Of a DNA stretch of 64,000 nucleotides, positions 9,210-19,787 are shown piece by piece. The notes below the pieces were generated by a model, which saw nothing but the letters and a program-made list of their open reading frames with translations, ran no database searches and was not told where the DNA came from. How positions within the stretch are numbered: position 1 is the stretch's first letter; the number at the start of each line of letters is the position of its first letter. The DNA is from a virus, in the IMG/VR virus record IMGVR_UViG_3300043446_004500, positions 1 to 64,000 of that record; one strand, 5' to 3'. Made by a program: the position numbers and the translations under genes.

Positions 9210-10898
9210 ATGGCAAAACTTTTTGGTTTTTCAATTGAAGATAACGAACCATTATCACCAAATGTTGTTTCCCCCGTTCCTCCCAATAAAGAGGACGGGG
9301 TTGACCATTATTTGAGTAGTGGTTTTTTTGGTTCGTATGTAGATATTGAAGGTGTTTATAGAACAGAATTTGATCTTATTAAAAGATACAGAGAAATGGC
9401 ACTTCATCCGGAATGTGATAGTGCTATTGAAGATATTGTTAACGAAGCAATTGTAGCAGACACTAACGACAGTCCTGTTCAAATTGATTTGGACAATCTA
9501 AATGCTAGTGATGGTATTAAAAAGAAAATCAGACAAGAATTTAAACATATTTTAGAATTATTAGATTTTGATAAGAAGGCACACGAAATCTATAGAAATT
9601 GGTATGTTGATGGTAGACTTTATTACCATAAATTAATTGATCTCAAAAATCCTGAGGCAGGAATCCAGGAATTGAGGTATATTGACGCAATGAAAATGCG
9701 TTATGTGCGTCAAGGAAAGAAAAAAGACGCAAACAAATATAACGTTTCAAATAGAATGGTTGATAATCCTATGGATTATGACTTTCCTGAGATTGAAGAA
9801 TATTTCATCTATGAACCAAAAATGACCTACCCAACAGGAACACCTGCTCCTGGAACGATGGGTGGTTCAAACTCCGGGATCCGAATGACTAAGGATTCTA
9901 TCACATATTGCACTTCAGGTCTCGTAGATAGAAATAAAGGATCAACTCTTTCTTATCTCCATAAAGCAATTAAATCTCTCAATCAACTTCGTATGATTGA
10001 GGATTCACTCGTAATTTACAGATTGTCTCGTGCTCCAGAACGTAGAATTTTCTACATTGATGTAGGTAATCTACCAAAAGTAAAAGCAGAACAATATCTT
10101 CGTGATGTTATGATGCGTTATCGCAATAAACTTGTATATGATGCAAACACTGGTGAAATCCGTGATGATCGTAAGTTTATGGCAATGCTTGAAGACTTTT
10201 GGCTTCCAAGAAGAGAAGGTGGTAGAGGAACTGAGATCTCCACACTTCCTGGTGGTCAGAATCTTGGAGAAATTACTGATATTGAATACTTCAAGAAGAA
10301 ACTGTATCGTTCTCTAAACGTTCCTCCCTCAAGAATGGATGGAGAAGGTGGTTTTAATCTTGGACGTTCATCGGAAATTCTTCGTGATGAAGTTAAGTTC
10401 AGCAAGTTTGTTGCAAGATTGAGAAAGAGATTTTCATATATGTTTAGTGATATGTTGAGAACGCAATTGATTCTCAAGAACATTATCACTCCAGAAGATT
10501 GGCAGCAAATGGATGAGCATATTCAATATGATTTCCTATATGACAACCACTTTGCAGAACTAAAAGATGCAGAGTTGCTAAATGAAAGATTGTCAATGGT
10601 ACAAATTGCAGAACCTTATGTTGGAAAATATTTCTCTCAAGATTATGTAAGACGTAAAATTCTTCGTCAAACCGATATTGAAATAATTGAGCAGGATGCA
10701 ATTATTAAAAAAGAAATTAAAGATGGGGTTATTCCAGATCCAAGCATTCCTATTGATCCTGCAACTGGTTTACCTCTAGATCAAACTTCTCAAATGGATC
10801 TTGGTCAACCAGTAATGGAACCGGATCTGGGAGCAGACAATAAAGCAACTCAAATAAATGCAAAAGCAGCTGAGATGCCCAAAGGTGGTGAAATATAA
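9210..10898 (+). CDS. gp20: Portal protein
   Basis: YRLSRAPERRIFYIDVGNLP, EDFWLPRREGGRGTEI. Confidence 0.97.
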   Translation: MAKLFGFSIEDNEPLSPNVVSPVPPNKEDGVDHYLSSGFFGSYVDIEGVYRTEFDLIKRYREMALHPECDSAIEDIVNEAIVADTNDSPVQIDLDNLNASDGIKKKIRQEFKHILELLDFDKKAHEIYRNWYVDGRLYYHKLIDLKNPEAGIQELRYIDAMKMRYVRQGKKKDANKYNVSNRMVDNPMDYDFPEIEEYFIYEPKMTYPTGTPAPGTMGGSNSGIRMTKDSITYCTSGLVDRNKGSTLSYLHKAIKSLNQLRMIEDSLVIYRLSRAPERRIFYIDVGNLPKVKAEQYLRDVMMRYRNKLVYDANTGEIRDDRKFMAMLEDFWLPRREGGRGTEISTLPGGQNLGEITDIEYFKKKLYRSLNVPPSRMDGEGGFNLGRSSEILRDEVKFSKFVARLRKRFSYMFSDMLRTQLILKNIITPEDWQQMDEHIQYDFLYDNHFAELKDAELLNERLSMVQIAEPYVGKYFSQDYVRRKILRQTDIEIIEQDAIIKKEIKDGVIPDPSIPIDPATGLPLDQTSQMDLGQPVMEPDLGADNKATQINAKAAEMPKGGEI

Positions 10899-10929
10899 AT
10901 AAAGACGATTATTAATTTATTTTGCACTT

Positions 10930-11091
10930 ATGGACGATTTACTGGATATGATTGCTACTGACGAATCACCTTCTCAAATTAGTGATAAAATCAAAGAACT
11001 TTTATTTGCAAAAGCATCTGAAAAGATTGATGATTTTCGTCCTGCAGTAGCAATGGATATGTTTGGACAAATTAATCAAGAAGAGGAATGA
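10930..11091 (+). CDS. Small acidic protein (53 aa), positional equivalent of the gp67 prohead core protein; not in ORF track
   Basis: MDDLLDMIATDESPSQISDKIKELLFAKASEKID...; late promoter at 10894. Confidence 0.6.
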   Translation: MDDLLDMIATDESPSQISDKIKELLFAKASEKIDDFRPAVAMDMFGQINQEEE

Positions 11092-11092
11092 A

Positions 11093-11413
11093 ATGAAATC
11101 TTATAAGCAATTTATTTCCGAATCGGTTAATATTGCTGGCGATTTCACGGGAAATCTTTATATCAACTCACAATCAGAACAACCACAGCAAGTTGGTGAA
11201 GAATATGTTGCTGATGTAATGTGGAATGGAAGTCTATATCGTTTAGAATTAGTTACTAAAACTGGAATTCCATCGACAAGAGAACTTGGTGAACAACTTC
11301 AGTCTGATTACCCTGGAGCAGTTGTTCATCAAATCTATCCAGTTACAGAAAAGAATTTAAATATCAAAAACGCACAGAGATACCACCCATCCAAGTTAGA
11401 ATGGATTGATTGA
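11093..11413 (+). CDS. Hypothetical head-associated protein with capsid-targeting-like N-terminus MKSYKQFISE
   Basis: Probable true start at ATG 11093; shares a W-x-G...LQ..YPG module with ORF 2138. Confidence 0.6.
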   Translation: MKSYKQFISESVNIAGDFTGNLYINSQSEQPQQVGEEYVADVMWNGSLYRLELVTKTGIPSTRELGEQLQSDYPGAVVHQIYPVTEKNLNIKNAQRYHPSKLEWID

Positions 11414-11416
11414 TAA

Positions 11417-12847
11417 ATGGCTCAGTGGAATATAACTACACAAGATTATTTAAATCAAGAAAGAAGTTTATTTGAAGTTGTTGGCGTTGCTTCCAGTGAT
11501 GGACAAATTATTAGTGCCCAAAATCCTTTTCCAGTTACAGGAACGGTTGGAATATCATCAGAAACTATTGTAACAATCAACGCAGATACAAATTCAGTAG
11601 ATGCTTTTGGAAGACAAAGAGTTTCTGAACCTTTTACTCTTGGAGATTATAAACATCTTTATGCAATTGATCCAAACTTTTTAGACAGTTATTCTGGTGC
11701 TGGTTCTACAGTTTCATTTTTATCAAATCAAGCGTGTGCAAGACTAATCACTGGAATTGGTTCTACTGCATATTCAGTTCATCAAACAAAATTTTATCAT
11801 CATTATCAACCAGGAAAATCTCAACTAATTTTTAGTTCTTTTAATTTTTATGCACCTCAAAAAAATGCAACAAAAAGAACTGGATACTTTGATGATAGAG
11901 ATGGAATATTTTTTGAACAGGTTGGCATAAACACATCAGATGGTGTACATGCTGGTATAGGAACTTACAACTGGGTTATAAGAAGTTATGTGAGTGGAAT
12001 TGCATCAGAAACAAGAATTCCACAATCTGAATGGAACAGAGATAAATTTAATGGAACTGGTGCATCTGGAATAACTTTAGATTTCACAAAAACTCAACTT
12101 GCATTTATTGATTTTCAATGGTTAGGTGTGGGTAGAGTTCGTTGTGGGTTTGCTCATGATGGACAATTAGTAACAGCACATGAGTTTTTCCATTCAAATA
12201 ATTTACCTACAGTATATCTTGCAAATCCCAATCTTCCAGTTCGTTGTGAGATAAGAAATACTGGAGTGGGTATTGGCGCATCATTTGACCAAATTTGTGC
12301 TTCCGTAATGTCTGAAGGTGGATATGTAGAAAGTGGAATTGATTTTTCTCAAACTATGCTTACCACAAGAACAACTCCAACTCCAGCAGGAACAGAGTTT
12401 CCTTTGATTGCTATTAGATTAAAAAATAGTTTTCAAGGATATCCAAATAGATTATCAGTTAGGTTGAATAACTTATCAATACATTGTGAAACAAATAGCA
12501 TTGTATATAGAGTTGTAAAACTTCCAAGTTCTGCATACATAGGCAATGCAGGATCTTTAACTTGGACTTCTACAGCAAACAATAGTGGTGTTGAATATTG
12601 TGTAGATGCTACAACTTATTCTGATGGTGATGAGTTTGCATCAGGATTTGTTCCTTCTGGTGCATCTCAAAACTCACTTTCTCCTGTTGCATCAGGAACA
12701 TTAAGTTCTGCAAAGAAAAATATTATAGTTCAGAATATTGATTCCACAAACTCTGAAATTTACGCAATTATTGTGAGAACAATTACAACTACTGGTAATG
12801 CAGTAGCAAACGTTGCATGTTCTGTGCAATGGAGAGAGATTTATTAA
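11417..12847 (+). CDS. Putative virion structural protein (beta-rich)
   Basis: 476 aa in head cluster; DAFGRQRVS, YQPGKSQL, QWLGVGRVR motifs. Confidence 0.55.
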   Translation: MAQWNITTQDYLNQERSLFEVVGVASSDGQIISAQNPFPVTGTVGISSETIVTINADTNSVDAFGRQRVSEPFTLGDYKHLYAIDPNFLDSYSGAGSTVSFLSNQACARLITGIGSTAYSVHQTKFYHHYQPGKSQLIFSSFNFYAPQKNATKRTGYFDDRDGIFFEQVGINTSDGVHAGIGTYNWVIRSYVSGIASETRIPQSEWNRDKFNGTGASGITLDFTKTQLAFIDFQWLGVGRVRCGFAHDGQLVTAHEFFHSNNLPTVYLANPNLPVRCEIRNTGVGIGASFDQICASVMSEGGYVESGIDFSQTMLTTRTTPTPAGTEFPLIAIRLKNSFQGYPNRLSVRLNNLSIHCETNSIVYRVVKLPSSAYIGNAGSLTWTSTANNSGVEYCVDATTYSDGDEFASGFVPSGASQNSLSPVASGTLSSAKKNIIVQNIDSTNSEIYAIIVRTITTTGNAVANVACSVQWREIY

Positions 12848-12881
12848 TTTAATAAATAACTAAAAGTGTATTATACGAATA

Positions 12882-13433
12882 ATGGCTCATAGACCAGTTG
12901 GAACTGGATCCTCTGTTGCATTTACTGCAGGAGCTGCATCCACATCATCCTCATTTTCAGTTCAATCAAGTGTTTTGAGAGTGGTTGCTGTCGGAGGCGC
13001 TGCTCATATTGCAGTTGGAGCAACTCCTTCAGCAACTATTGCTGATTATTATGTTCCTGCAAATGGGACAGCAACTCTTGCACTTACTAAAGCATCAAAT
13101 CGTGTTGTAGGTGTTACGACTGGAACAACAACTATAGTTACTGTTCCAGAAGGAACTCAAGTTCCATTTGGTGTTGGAGATTATGTTTCTTTAACTGTGT
13201 CTGGTCAATCTTATTATAATTTTACTCATCAACAAGTTTTATCAGTTAATACAACATCGGGAGTAGGTGGTTATTTTCAAACCAGAATGACAGTCAATTA
13301 CAATTCAACCGGAATTGCTACCGCATTTTCTTCTGCGGATGCACACGTTATTAACTCAAACAAAGTTTCTGCATATGGTGTAGGATCTGGATCTGTTTAT
13401 TACCAACAAGTTCAAATTACAGGAGACGCATGA
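12882..13433 (+). CDS. Hypothetical structural protein
   Basis: Late promoter at 12851; Ser/Thr/Val-rich; precedes gp21. Confidence 0.5.
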   Translation: MAHRPVGTGSSVAFTAGAASTSSSFSVQSSVLRVVAVGGAAHIAVGATPSATIADYYVPANGTATLALTKASNRVVGVTTGTTTIVTVPEGTQVPFGVGDYVSLTVSGQSYYNFTHQQVLSVNTTSGVGGYFQTRMTVNYNSTGIATAFSSADAHVINSNKVSAYGVGSGSVYYQQVQITGDA

Positions 13434-14083
13434 TGAAACTCATCACAGAAGAAATTGAATCAGTAGAAGTTATTACTGAGGAAAAAAACGGTAAAAAAAC
13501 TCTATACATTCAAGGACCATTCCTTCAAACCGAACAAAAAAATCGTAATAATAGAGTATATCGTAAATCTATAATGGAACGTGAGGTAAAAAGATATACA
13601 GAACAATATATTTGCAAAGGTCGTGCTTTAGGTGAACTTGGGCACCCAGATGGTCCAACTGTAAATCTTGATAGGGTTTCCCATATGATTGTTTCCCTTG
13701 AACAACGTGGAAATGATTTTATTGGTAAAGCACAAATTCTTTCTACACCTATGGGTAAGATTGCGGAGTCACTTCTCAAAGAAGGAGTAACTCTTGGAGT
13801 TTCTTCTCGTGGTCTTGGTTCTACGAGACAACATCCAGATGGATATGTGGAAGTTGGTGAAGATTTTATGCTTGCAACTGCTGCCGATATTGTTGCTGAT
13901 CCTTCTGCACCTGATGCTTTTGTTCAGGGAATTATGGAAGGAAAGGAATGGTGCTGGGAAGGTGGAATGCTAAGAGAAAAAGTAGCAGAAAACACCAAAC
14001 ACAAAATAAATACATTTGTTGATCAAGGTATACTTGAAGAATATAAACTATCACTTTTCAATGAGTTTTTAAATTCATTGTAA
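13430..14083 (+). CDS. gp21: Prohead core protease
   Basis: MKLITE start, ALGELGHP, GVSSRGLGS, DIVADPSAPDAFV. Confidence 0.95.
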   Translation: MMKLITEEIESVEVITEEKNGKKTLYIQGPFLQTEQKNRNNRVYRKSIMEREVKRYTEQYICKGRALGELGHPDGPTVNLDRVSHMIVSLEQRGNDFIGKAQILSTPMGKIAESLLKEGVTLGVSSRGLGSTRQHPDGYVEVGEDFMLATAADIVADPSAPDAFVQGIMEGKEWCWEGGMLREKVAENTKHKINTFVDQGILEEYKLSLFNEFLNSL

Positions 14084-14139
14084 ATTATTAAATTATAAAT
14101 AAATATAGTTTATAACGTAAGGTTAAACGGAGAGTTCAA

Positions 14140-15303
14140 ATGTCTCGTGGAGATTTACAAGAAATGGAAGTAGGCACTAAGCAATCCAGAACCGCTGTGA
14201 ATGCAAATGCAAAAGCAGCGGACGCAATGCCAAAATTAGCAGCAGGTGCTGTTGCAGGTCAGACTGGTAGCTGGGAAGATTTAGGTGGTCCAGATCCTTC
14301 TAACTATCGCCCAGATGATGATTCAGCAAAACTGAAAACACCCGGATCAACACTTAAGGCAGTTAAGAATGTTGTGAATAAAGGTGCTAGTGCAGCAATG
14401 CCAATGCAGAGTCTTGCTTCTGGTGCTGTAAAAGAAGATGAAGATCTTGAATATGATGAAGACGAAGAACTTCTAGAAGCTAAGGAAGAAGAGGAGGAAG
14501 AGGAAGAAGAGGAAGAAGGAGGCAAAAAGAAAAAGTCTGATAAGGAAGAAGAGGAAGAAGAAGAGGAAATGGAGGAAGAGTTTAGCATTGAGGAAGATGT
14601 TAATGCTCTTCTAGAGGGTGAGAATCTTTCTGAGGAATTCCAAGAGAAGGCACGTACCATCTTTGAAGCTGCTCTTCGTTCCAAAGTTTCTCAAATTCAA
14701 GAAACAATTGAAGAGCAGTATGCTCTTGCTCTTGCAGAAGAAGTTGAAGAAATTAAGACCGAACTTTCCGAAAGAGTAGATTCATATCTTGAGTATGTTG
14801 CCGACGAGTGGATGCAAGAAAATGCACTCGTCATTGAACAAGGTCTTAAGACCGAAATGACCGAATCATTCCTTCAAGGAATGAGAGGTCTTTTTGAAGA
14901 ACATTATGTATCAATCCCTGAAGATAAATATGATGTGCTTGAGAGCATGGTAGAAAAACTTGATGAAATGGAGACAAAACTCAACGAGCAGATCGAGAAA
15001 AATGTTTCCCTAAACAAGCGTCTCGCAGAGTCGGTTGCTGATGGAATCTTTGAACAGGTCTCTGAGGGCCTTGCTGCTACTCAGAAAGACAAGCTCGCTT
15101 CACTTGCCGAGAGTGTTGAGTTTGAAAGTGAAGAAGAATATCGTGAAAAACTGGAGACTTTGAAGGAATCATATTTCCCTTCAAGAGTAGTATCTCCTTC
15201 AACTAAATCTGATACTCTTTCTGAGGGAGTAAGCATTGCACATGAGTCATACTCACCAGCAATGTCTGCTTATCTTAAGAGCCTCTCAGCATTTAGTAAA
15301 TAA
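14140..15303 (+). CDS. gp22: Prohead core scaffold protein
   Basis: Very acidic; LSEEF.EKA.TIFEAA, YLEYVADEWM; lies between gp21 and gp23. Confidence 0.93.
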   Translation: MSRGDLQEMEVGTKQSRTAVNANAKAADAMPKLAAGAVAGQTGSWEDLGGPDPSNYRPDDDSAKLKTPGSTLKAVKNVVNKGASAAMPMQSLASGAVKEDEDLEYDEDEELLEAKEEEEEEEEEEEGGKKKKSDKEEEEEEEEMEEEFSIEEDVNALLEGENLSEEFQEKARTIFEAALRSKVSQIQETIEEQYALALAEEVEEIKTELSERVDSYLEYVADEWMQENALVIEQGLKTEMTESFLQGMRGLFEEHYVSIPEDKYDVLESMVEKLDEMETKLNEQIEKNVSLNKRLAESVADGIFEQVSEGLAATQKDKLASLAESVEFESEEEYREKLETLKESYFPSRVVSPSTKSDTLSEGVSIAHESYSPAMSAYLKSLSAFSK

Positions 15304-15360
15304 TTGAATTTAATATAATTCAAACCCAAAAAACGCACTTTAGTAAAAAGGTAAACGCAA

Positions 15361-16788
15361 ATGTTCCATTCCGAGCATCTGCAGGAAAAGTGGGCACCTC
15401 TACTTGACTATCAGGGCATTGACCCTATCAAAGATTCTCATCGTAGAGCTGTAACCGCAGTCCTGCTAGAAAACCAAGAAAGATTTTTAAGAGAGCAATC
15501 CTCATTTGAGCATGGCTCAATGGGTATGCTTATGGAAACCCCAACCAACGCAGGTAATGCTGCTGGTGCTTCAGGTGGTTTCTCAGGTAGTGCAGCTGCT
15601 GCAGGTCCTACCGCAGGTTTTGACCCAGTACTGATTTCACTTATTCGTCGTTCAATGCCTAACCTGGTCGCATATGACCTGGCTGGCGTTCAACCAATGA
15701 GTGGTCCTACTGGACTTATCTTCGCAATGCGTTCACGTTACACCAACCAGAGTGGTACTGAAACCTTCTACAATGAAGTAGATACTGCATTCTCAGGTCA
15801 GGATTCATCCTTTGGACTTGCTGGTTTTGGTAGCACTGCTGCTGGTATCGGTACTACAACTCAGGCTGGAACTAATCCATCAGTTCTAAACCCTGTTGGT
15901 GGTGCTGGCGATCAGACCGCATATAACGTTGGTCAGGGTATGGTAACTGGAGATTCTGAGAATCTCGGTGCTTCCGGCCATGACTTTAACCAGATGGCAT
16001 TCTCAATTGAGAAGGTCACTGTAACTGCAAAGTCAAGAGCACTCAAGGCTGAGTACAGCTTAGAACTCGCACAAGACCTAAAAGCAATTCATGGTCTGAA
16101 TGCAGAGGCTGAGCTTGCTAACATCCTCAGCTCTGAGATTCTTGCTGAAATCAACCGTGAGGTCATCAGAACCATCTACAAGGTTGCTGAGCAAGGTGCT
16201 GTTCAAAACGTAGCAACTCCTGGAATCTTTGACCTTGATGTTGACTCTAACGGTCGTTGGTCAGTTGAGAAGTTCAAGGGTCTACTCTTCCAAATTGAGA
16301 GAGATGCAAACGCAATTGCACAAAGAACTCGTAGAGGAAAGGGTAACATCATCATGTGCTCTGCTGACGTTGCTTCAGCACTGACCATGGCTGGTGTTCT
16401 AGATTACACCCCTGCACTCAATGCAAACCTTCAGGTAGATGATACCGGCAATACCTTTGCTGGTACTCTAATGGGCAAGTATCGTGTATACATTGACCCA
16501 TATGCTGCAAACCTCACCGCAGGTAATGCAACTCCTGGTAACCAGTACTACGTTGTTGGTTATAAGGGTTCCAGCCCATATGATGCTGGTCTCTTCTATT
16601 GCCCATACGTTCCTCTCCAAATGGTACGTGCCGTTGGTGAGAACACCTTCCAGCCCAAGATCGGCTTTAAGACCCGTTATGGTCTCGTTGCAAACCCATT
16701 TGCAGAGGGAACCACTCAGGGTCTTGGTGCTCTCAAAGTTGACAGCAACCGTTACTACAGAAGAGTTGCAGTTAAGAACCTTATGTGA
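15361..16788 (+). CDS. gp23: Major capsid protein
   Basis: GVQPMSGPTGLIFAMR, SRALKAEYSLELAQDLKAIHGL, FQPKIGFKTRYG. Confidence 0.98.
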   Translation: MFHSEHLQEKWAPLLDYQGIDPIKDSHRRAVTAVLLENQERFLREQSSFEHGSMGMLMETPTNAGNAAGASGGFSGSAAAAGPTAGFDPVLISLIRRSMPNLVAYDLAGVQPMSGPTGLIFAMRSRYTNQSGTETFYNEVDTAFSGQDSSFGLAGFGSTAAGIGTTTQAGTNPSVLNPVGGAGDQTAYNVGQGMVTGDSENLGASGHDFNQMAFSIEKVTVTAKSRALKAEYSLELAQDLKAIHGLNAEAELANILSSEILAEINREVIRTIYKVAEQGAVQNVATPGIFDLDVDSNGRWSVEKFKGLLFQIERDANAIAQRTRRGKGNIIMCSADVASALTMAGVLDYTPALNANLQVDDTGNTFAGTLMGKYRVYIDPYAANLTAGNATPGNQYYVVGYKGSSPYDAGLFYCPYVPLQMVRAVGENTFQPKIGFKTRYGLVANPFAEGTTQGLGALKVDSNRYYRRVAVKNLM

Positions 16789-16810
16789 TCTATTTCACAT
16801 AAAATTTTCA

Positions 16811-16836
16811 AGAGGGTCTTCGGACCCTCTTTTTTT
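16811..16836 (+). terminator. Rho-independent terminator after gp23
   Basis: AGAGGGTC-TTCG-GACCCTCT + T6. Confidence 0.9.
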
Positions 16837-16857
16837 ATCTAAATATTTAAAAAAAAG

Positions 16858-17406
16858 ATGACTAGAGGACAGATAGATAATAGAAACTTTTTATCCCCAA
16901 CAGGATTTAAGTTTACTCTCTCAAGAGAACCTAAAGTTGCATTCTTTTGCAATCAAGCAAATATTCCTGATTTAAACCTAGGTGTTGCTTTGCAACCATC
17001 TTATTTAAAACCATTACCAAATCCTGGTGAAATCATTGAATTTGGAGATTTGACTATAAGATTTTTGGTTGATGAAAATCTTGAAAATTATATGTGCATT
17101 CAAAATTGGATTCGTGGATTAGGATTCCCAGAAGTACTAACACAATATAGTGATCTTGAAAGAAGAGGATTCATTCAAGGTAATTATGCAAACGATAAGG
17201 AAAATATTTATTCTGACGGAACATTACAAGTTTTAACAAGTAGTCAAATACCAAATTTTCAAGTTGTTTTTAGAGATTTATTTCCTTATACTCTCTCTAC
17301 GTTAACATTTGATGCAACAGATACCGATATTAATTACTTTACAGCAGACGTAAGTTTCAAGTATACTATTTACGATATAGTTGATTTAACTGGAAAACCA
17401 TTATGA
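16858..17406 (+). CDS. gp3: Tail tube terminator/completion protein
   Basis: NFLSPTGFKF, FLVDENLENY..I.NW motifs; synteny. Confidence 0.85.
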   Translation: MTRGQIDNRNFLSPTGFKFTLSREPKVAFFCNQANIPDLNLGVALQPSYLKPLPNPGEIIEFGDLTIRFLVDENLENYMCIQNWIRGLGFPEVLTQYSDLERRGFIQGNYANDKENIYSDGTLQVLTSSQIPNFQVVFRDLFPYTLSTLTFDATDTDINYFTADVSFKYTIYDIVDLTGKPL

Positions 17407-17840
17407 GTATTGATTTGGATACAATCCAAAAAATGTGGGAGCAAGATTCCAAAATGGACATGGATAATCTTCACACAGAATCTTTAAATATTCCAATGCT
17501 TCATGCAAAATATTATGATCTTTATAATACTATCAATCTTTTAAAAAAGAAAGCAGAGCAACAAAGAAAAAAGATCAGACATGAAAGATACGAATATTTT
17601 ACAGGTAAAGCAGATCCAGACGTTTATTTAGAAAATCCATTTCCAAAGAAAATCCGTGATAAAGAAACTCTACAAGGATATTTGGATTCTGATGAGAAGT
17701 TATCGCAAGTTGCATTAAAACTTGAATATTATGACACTCTTTTAAATTATATTGAAAGTATTCTAAAGATGATTCAAAATAGAACTTATCAGATTAAAAA
17801 TGCAATTGAATTTATTCGTTTTCAATCTGGATTAGGGTAA
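17403..17840 (+). CDS. uvsY: Recombination mediator UvsY
   Basis: LHAKY, RTYQIKNAIEF motif; synteny. Confidence 0.88.
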   Translation: MSIDLDTIQKMWEQDSKMDMDNLHTESLNIPMLHAKYYDLYNTINLLKKKAEQQRKKIRHERYEYFTGKADPDVYLENPFPKKIRDKETLQGYLDSDEKLSQVALKLEYYDTLLNYIESILKMIQNRTYQIKNAIEFIRFQSGLG

Positions 17841-17867
17841 ATAAATACTCATAGCAATACAAATGCT

Positions 17868-19340
17868 ATGAGTGACGTAATTATTGAAAAGAAAAACGAA
17901 GTATTTTTAAAACTTCATTGTGAACCACACATTCTCTACGAACTTCAACCATATTTCACATTTGAAGTAGAATCTGCAAAATTTATGTCTCAGTATAGAA
18001 GTAGGCACTGGGACGGAAAGATTCGTTTACTCAGCACTCATACTGGAGAAATCTATGCAGGATTGCTTCCTAAAGTAATTGATAAACTAAGCAATCACAA
18101 TTACAAATATGAGTTTAAAGAAAATAAATTTTATGGTCAACCATTTGAGGTGAATGAGAACATCTCATACGAAGGTGTTAAAGATTATATGCAATCTATT
18201 TGTGCTCATTCTCCAAGAGATTATCAAATAGAGGGAGTATATGATGCCCTACGACATAATCGAAAGTTATTGATAAGTCCCACTGCGTCAGGAAAAAGTC
18301 TGATGATTTACGCCCTCGTGCGGTATTATGTGGATAAAGGGCAAAAAATTCTTTTAGTTGTTCCAACGACATCTCTTGTAGAGCAGATATACAAGGATTT
18401 CCAGGATTATGGTTGGGATGCTGAGTCATATTGTCACCGCATTTATTCGGGTAGAGAAAAAACAAATGAACATCCAGTCACAATTACTACTTGGCAATCT
18501 GTATACAAGTTAGAACGTTCATTTTTTGAAGGATATGATTGCATTATAGGTGATGAAGCACATTTATTCAAGAGCAAATCACTTGTAGATATTATGACAA
18601 AACTTCATCATACAAAATATAGATTTGGATTTACAGGAACTCTTGACGGAACTCAAACGCATAAGTGGGTTTTAGAAGGTTTGTTTGGACCGTCATATAA
18701 AGTTACTAGAACCGACGAGTTAATGAGACAGGGACATTTATCTCAATTGGATATTAGATGTATTGTATTAAAACATTCCCCTCAAAAATTTGAAACTTAT
18801 GAAGATGAAATTCAATATTTAATTTCTCATGAACAAAGAAATAAATTTATTACCAATCTTGCTTTAGATCTAAAAGGTAACACTCTAGTTCTTTTTAGTA
18901 GAGTAGAAGCACATGGAGCAATACTCTATGAAAAGATAAATAATACAAAGCAACAAAACCGTAAAGTATTTTTTGTACATGGTGGAGTTGATACTGAAGA
19001 AAGAGAATTGGTCAGAGAAATTACTGAAAGAGAAAATAATGCAATAATTGTTGCTTCTTATGGAACATTTTCTACAGGAATTAACATCAAAAATTTGCAT
19101 AATGTAATATTTGCATCACCAAGTAAATCAAGAATTAGGAATTTACAATCAATTGGACGAGTATTAAGAAAAGGAAAAAATAAAACCAAAGCAGTTCTTT
19201 ATGATATTGCTGATGACTGTACTTACAACTCAAGAAAAAATTATACTTTAAATCATTTAATTGAAAGAATTAAAATTTATAATGAAGAGAATTTTAATTA
19301 CGAGATAATCACAATTCAACTTAAGAAAAATGGGAATTGA
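17868..19340 (+). CDS. uvsW: SF2 DNA helicase UvsW
   Basis: PTASGKS, DEAH, QSIGRVLR. Confidence 0.95.
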   Translation: MSDVIIEKKNEVFLKLHCEPHILYELQPYFTFEVESAKFMSQYRSRHWDGKIRLLSTHTGEIYAGLLPKVIDKLSNHNYKYEFKENKFYGQPFEVNENISYEGVKDYMQSICAHSPRDYQIEGVYDALRHNRKLLISPTASGKSLMIYALVRYYVDKGQKILLVVPTTSLVEQIYKDFQDYGWDAESYCHRIYSGREKTNEHPVTITTWQSVYKLERSFFEGYDCIIGDEAHLFKSKSLVDIMTKLHHTKYRFGFTGTLDGTQTHKWVLEGLFGPSYKVTRTDELMRQGHLSQLDIRCIVLKHSPQKFETYEDEIQYLISHEQRNKFITNLALDLKGNTLVLFSRVEAHGAILYEKINNTKQQNRKVFFVHGGVDTEERELVREITERENNAIIVASYGTFSTGINIKNLHNVIFASPSKSRIRNLQSIGRVLRKGKNKTKAVLYDIADDCTYNSRKNYTLNHLIERIKIYNEENFNYEIITIQLKKNGN

Positions 19341-19725
19341 AGAAGATTTTTACGCAACACTTAAATTAAAATCAGGTGAAGAAATATTTGCTAAAATAGC
19401 AGCATCGGAAGAAGAAGATAGAACTTTTTTGATTGTTTCTAATCCCATCACTATTTCGGAAATAAAAAGTAGAAATGGAATATACGGATATAAAATGGAA
19501 CCATGGTTAAAAACTACCACTGAAGATATGTTTATTTTAAACTTAGAAGATGTCATGACTTTATCCGAGTCATTTGATGTTGAGATGATATCAATGTATC
19601 AAACTTATTTAAGACAATCAAATAAAGAAAAAAATAATCAATCAAAGATAAGTCGTAGAATGGGATATATATCTAACGTTAATGATGCTAAAGAGATTTT
19701 AGAGAAGATCTTTAAAGGTAATTAA
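19330..19725 (+). CDS. Conserved cyanophage hypothetical protein
   Basis: KLKSGEEI motif; position between uvsW and gp55. Confidence 0.6.
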   Translation: MGIEEDFYATLKLKSGEEIFAKIAASEEEDRTFLIVSNPITISEIKSRNGIYGYKMEPWLKTTTEDMFILNLEDVMTLSESFDVEMISMYQTYLRQSNKEKNNQSKISRRMGYISNVNDAKEILEKIFKGN

Positions 19726-19758
19726 GTATATAATTAATCTTTAACCTCGACAAAGGTA

Positions 19759-19787
19759 ATTATATCTGGATTTAAGGGGGTTGTCAA
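19759..19787 (-). promoter_or_regulatory. Consensus sigma70 promoter on the minus strand (TTGACA-17-TATAAT)
   Basis: + strand ATTATA 19759-64 and TGTCAA 19782-87, 17-nt spacer. Confidence 0.65.

Noticed and set aside
14430-14600. GAA/GAG-rich repeat tract
   Set aside because: Poly-Glu coding region typical of gp22 scaffolds, not a separate repeat element.
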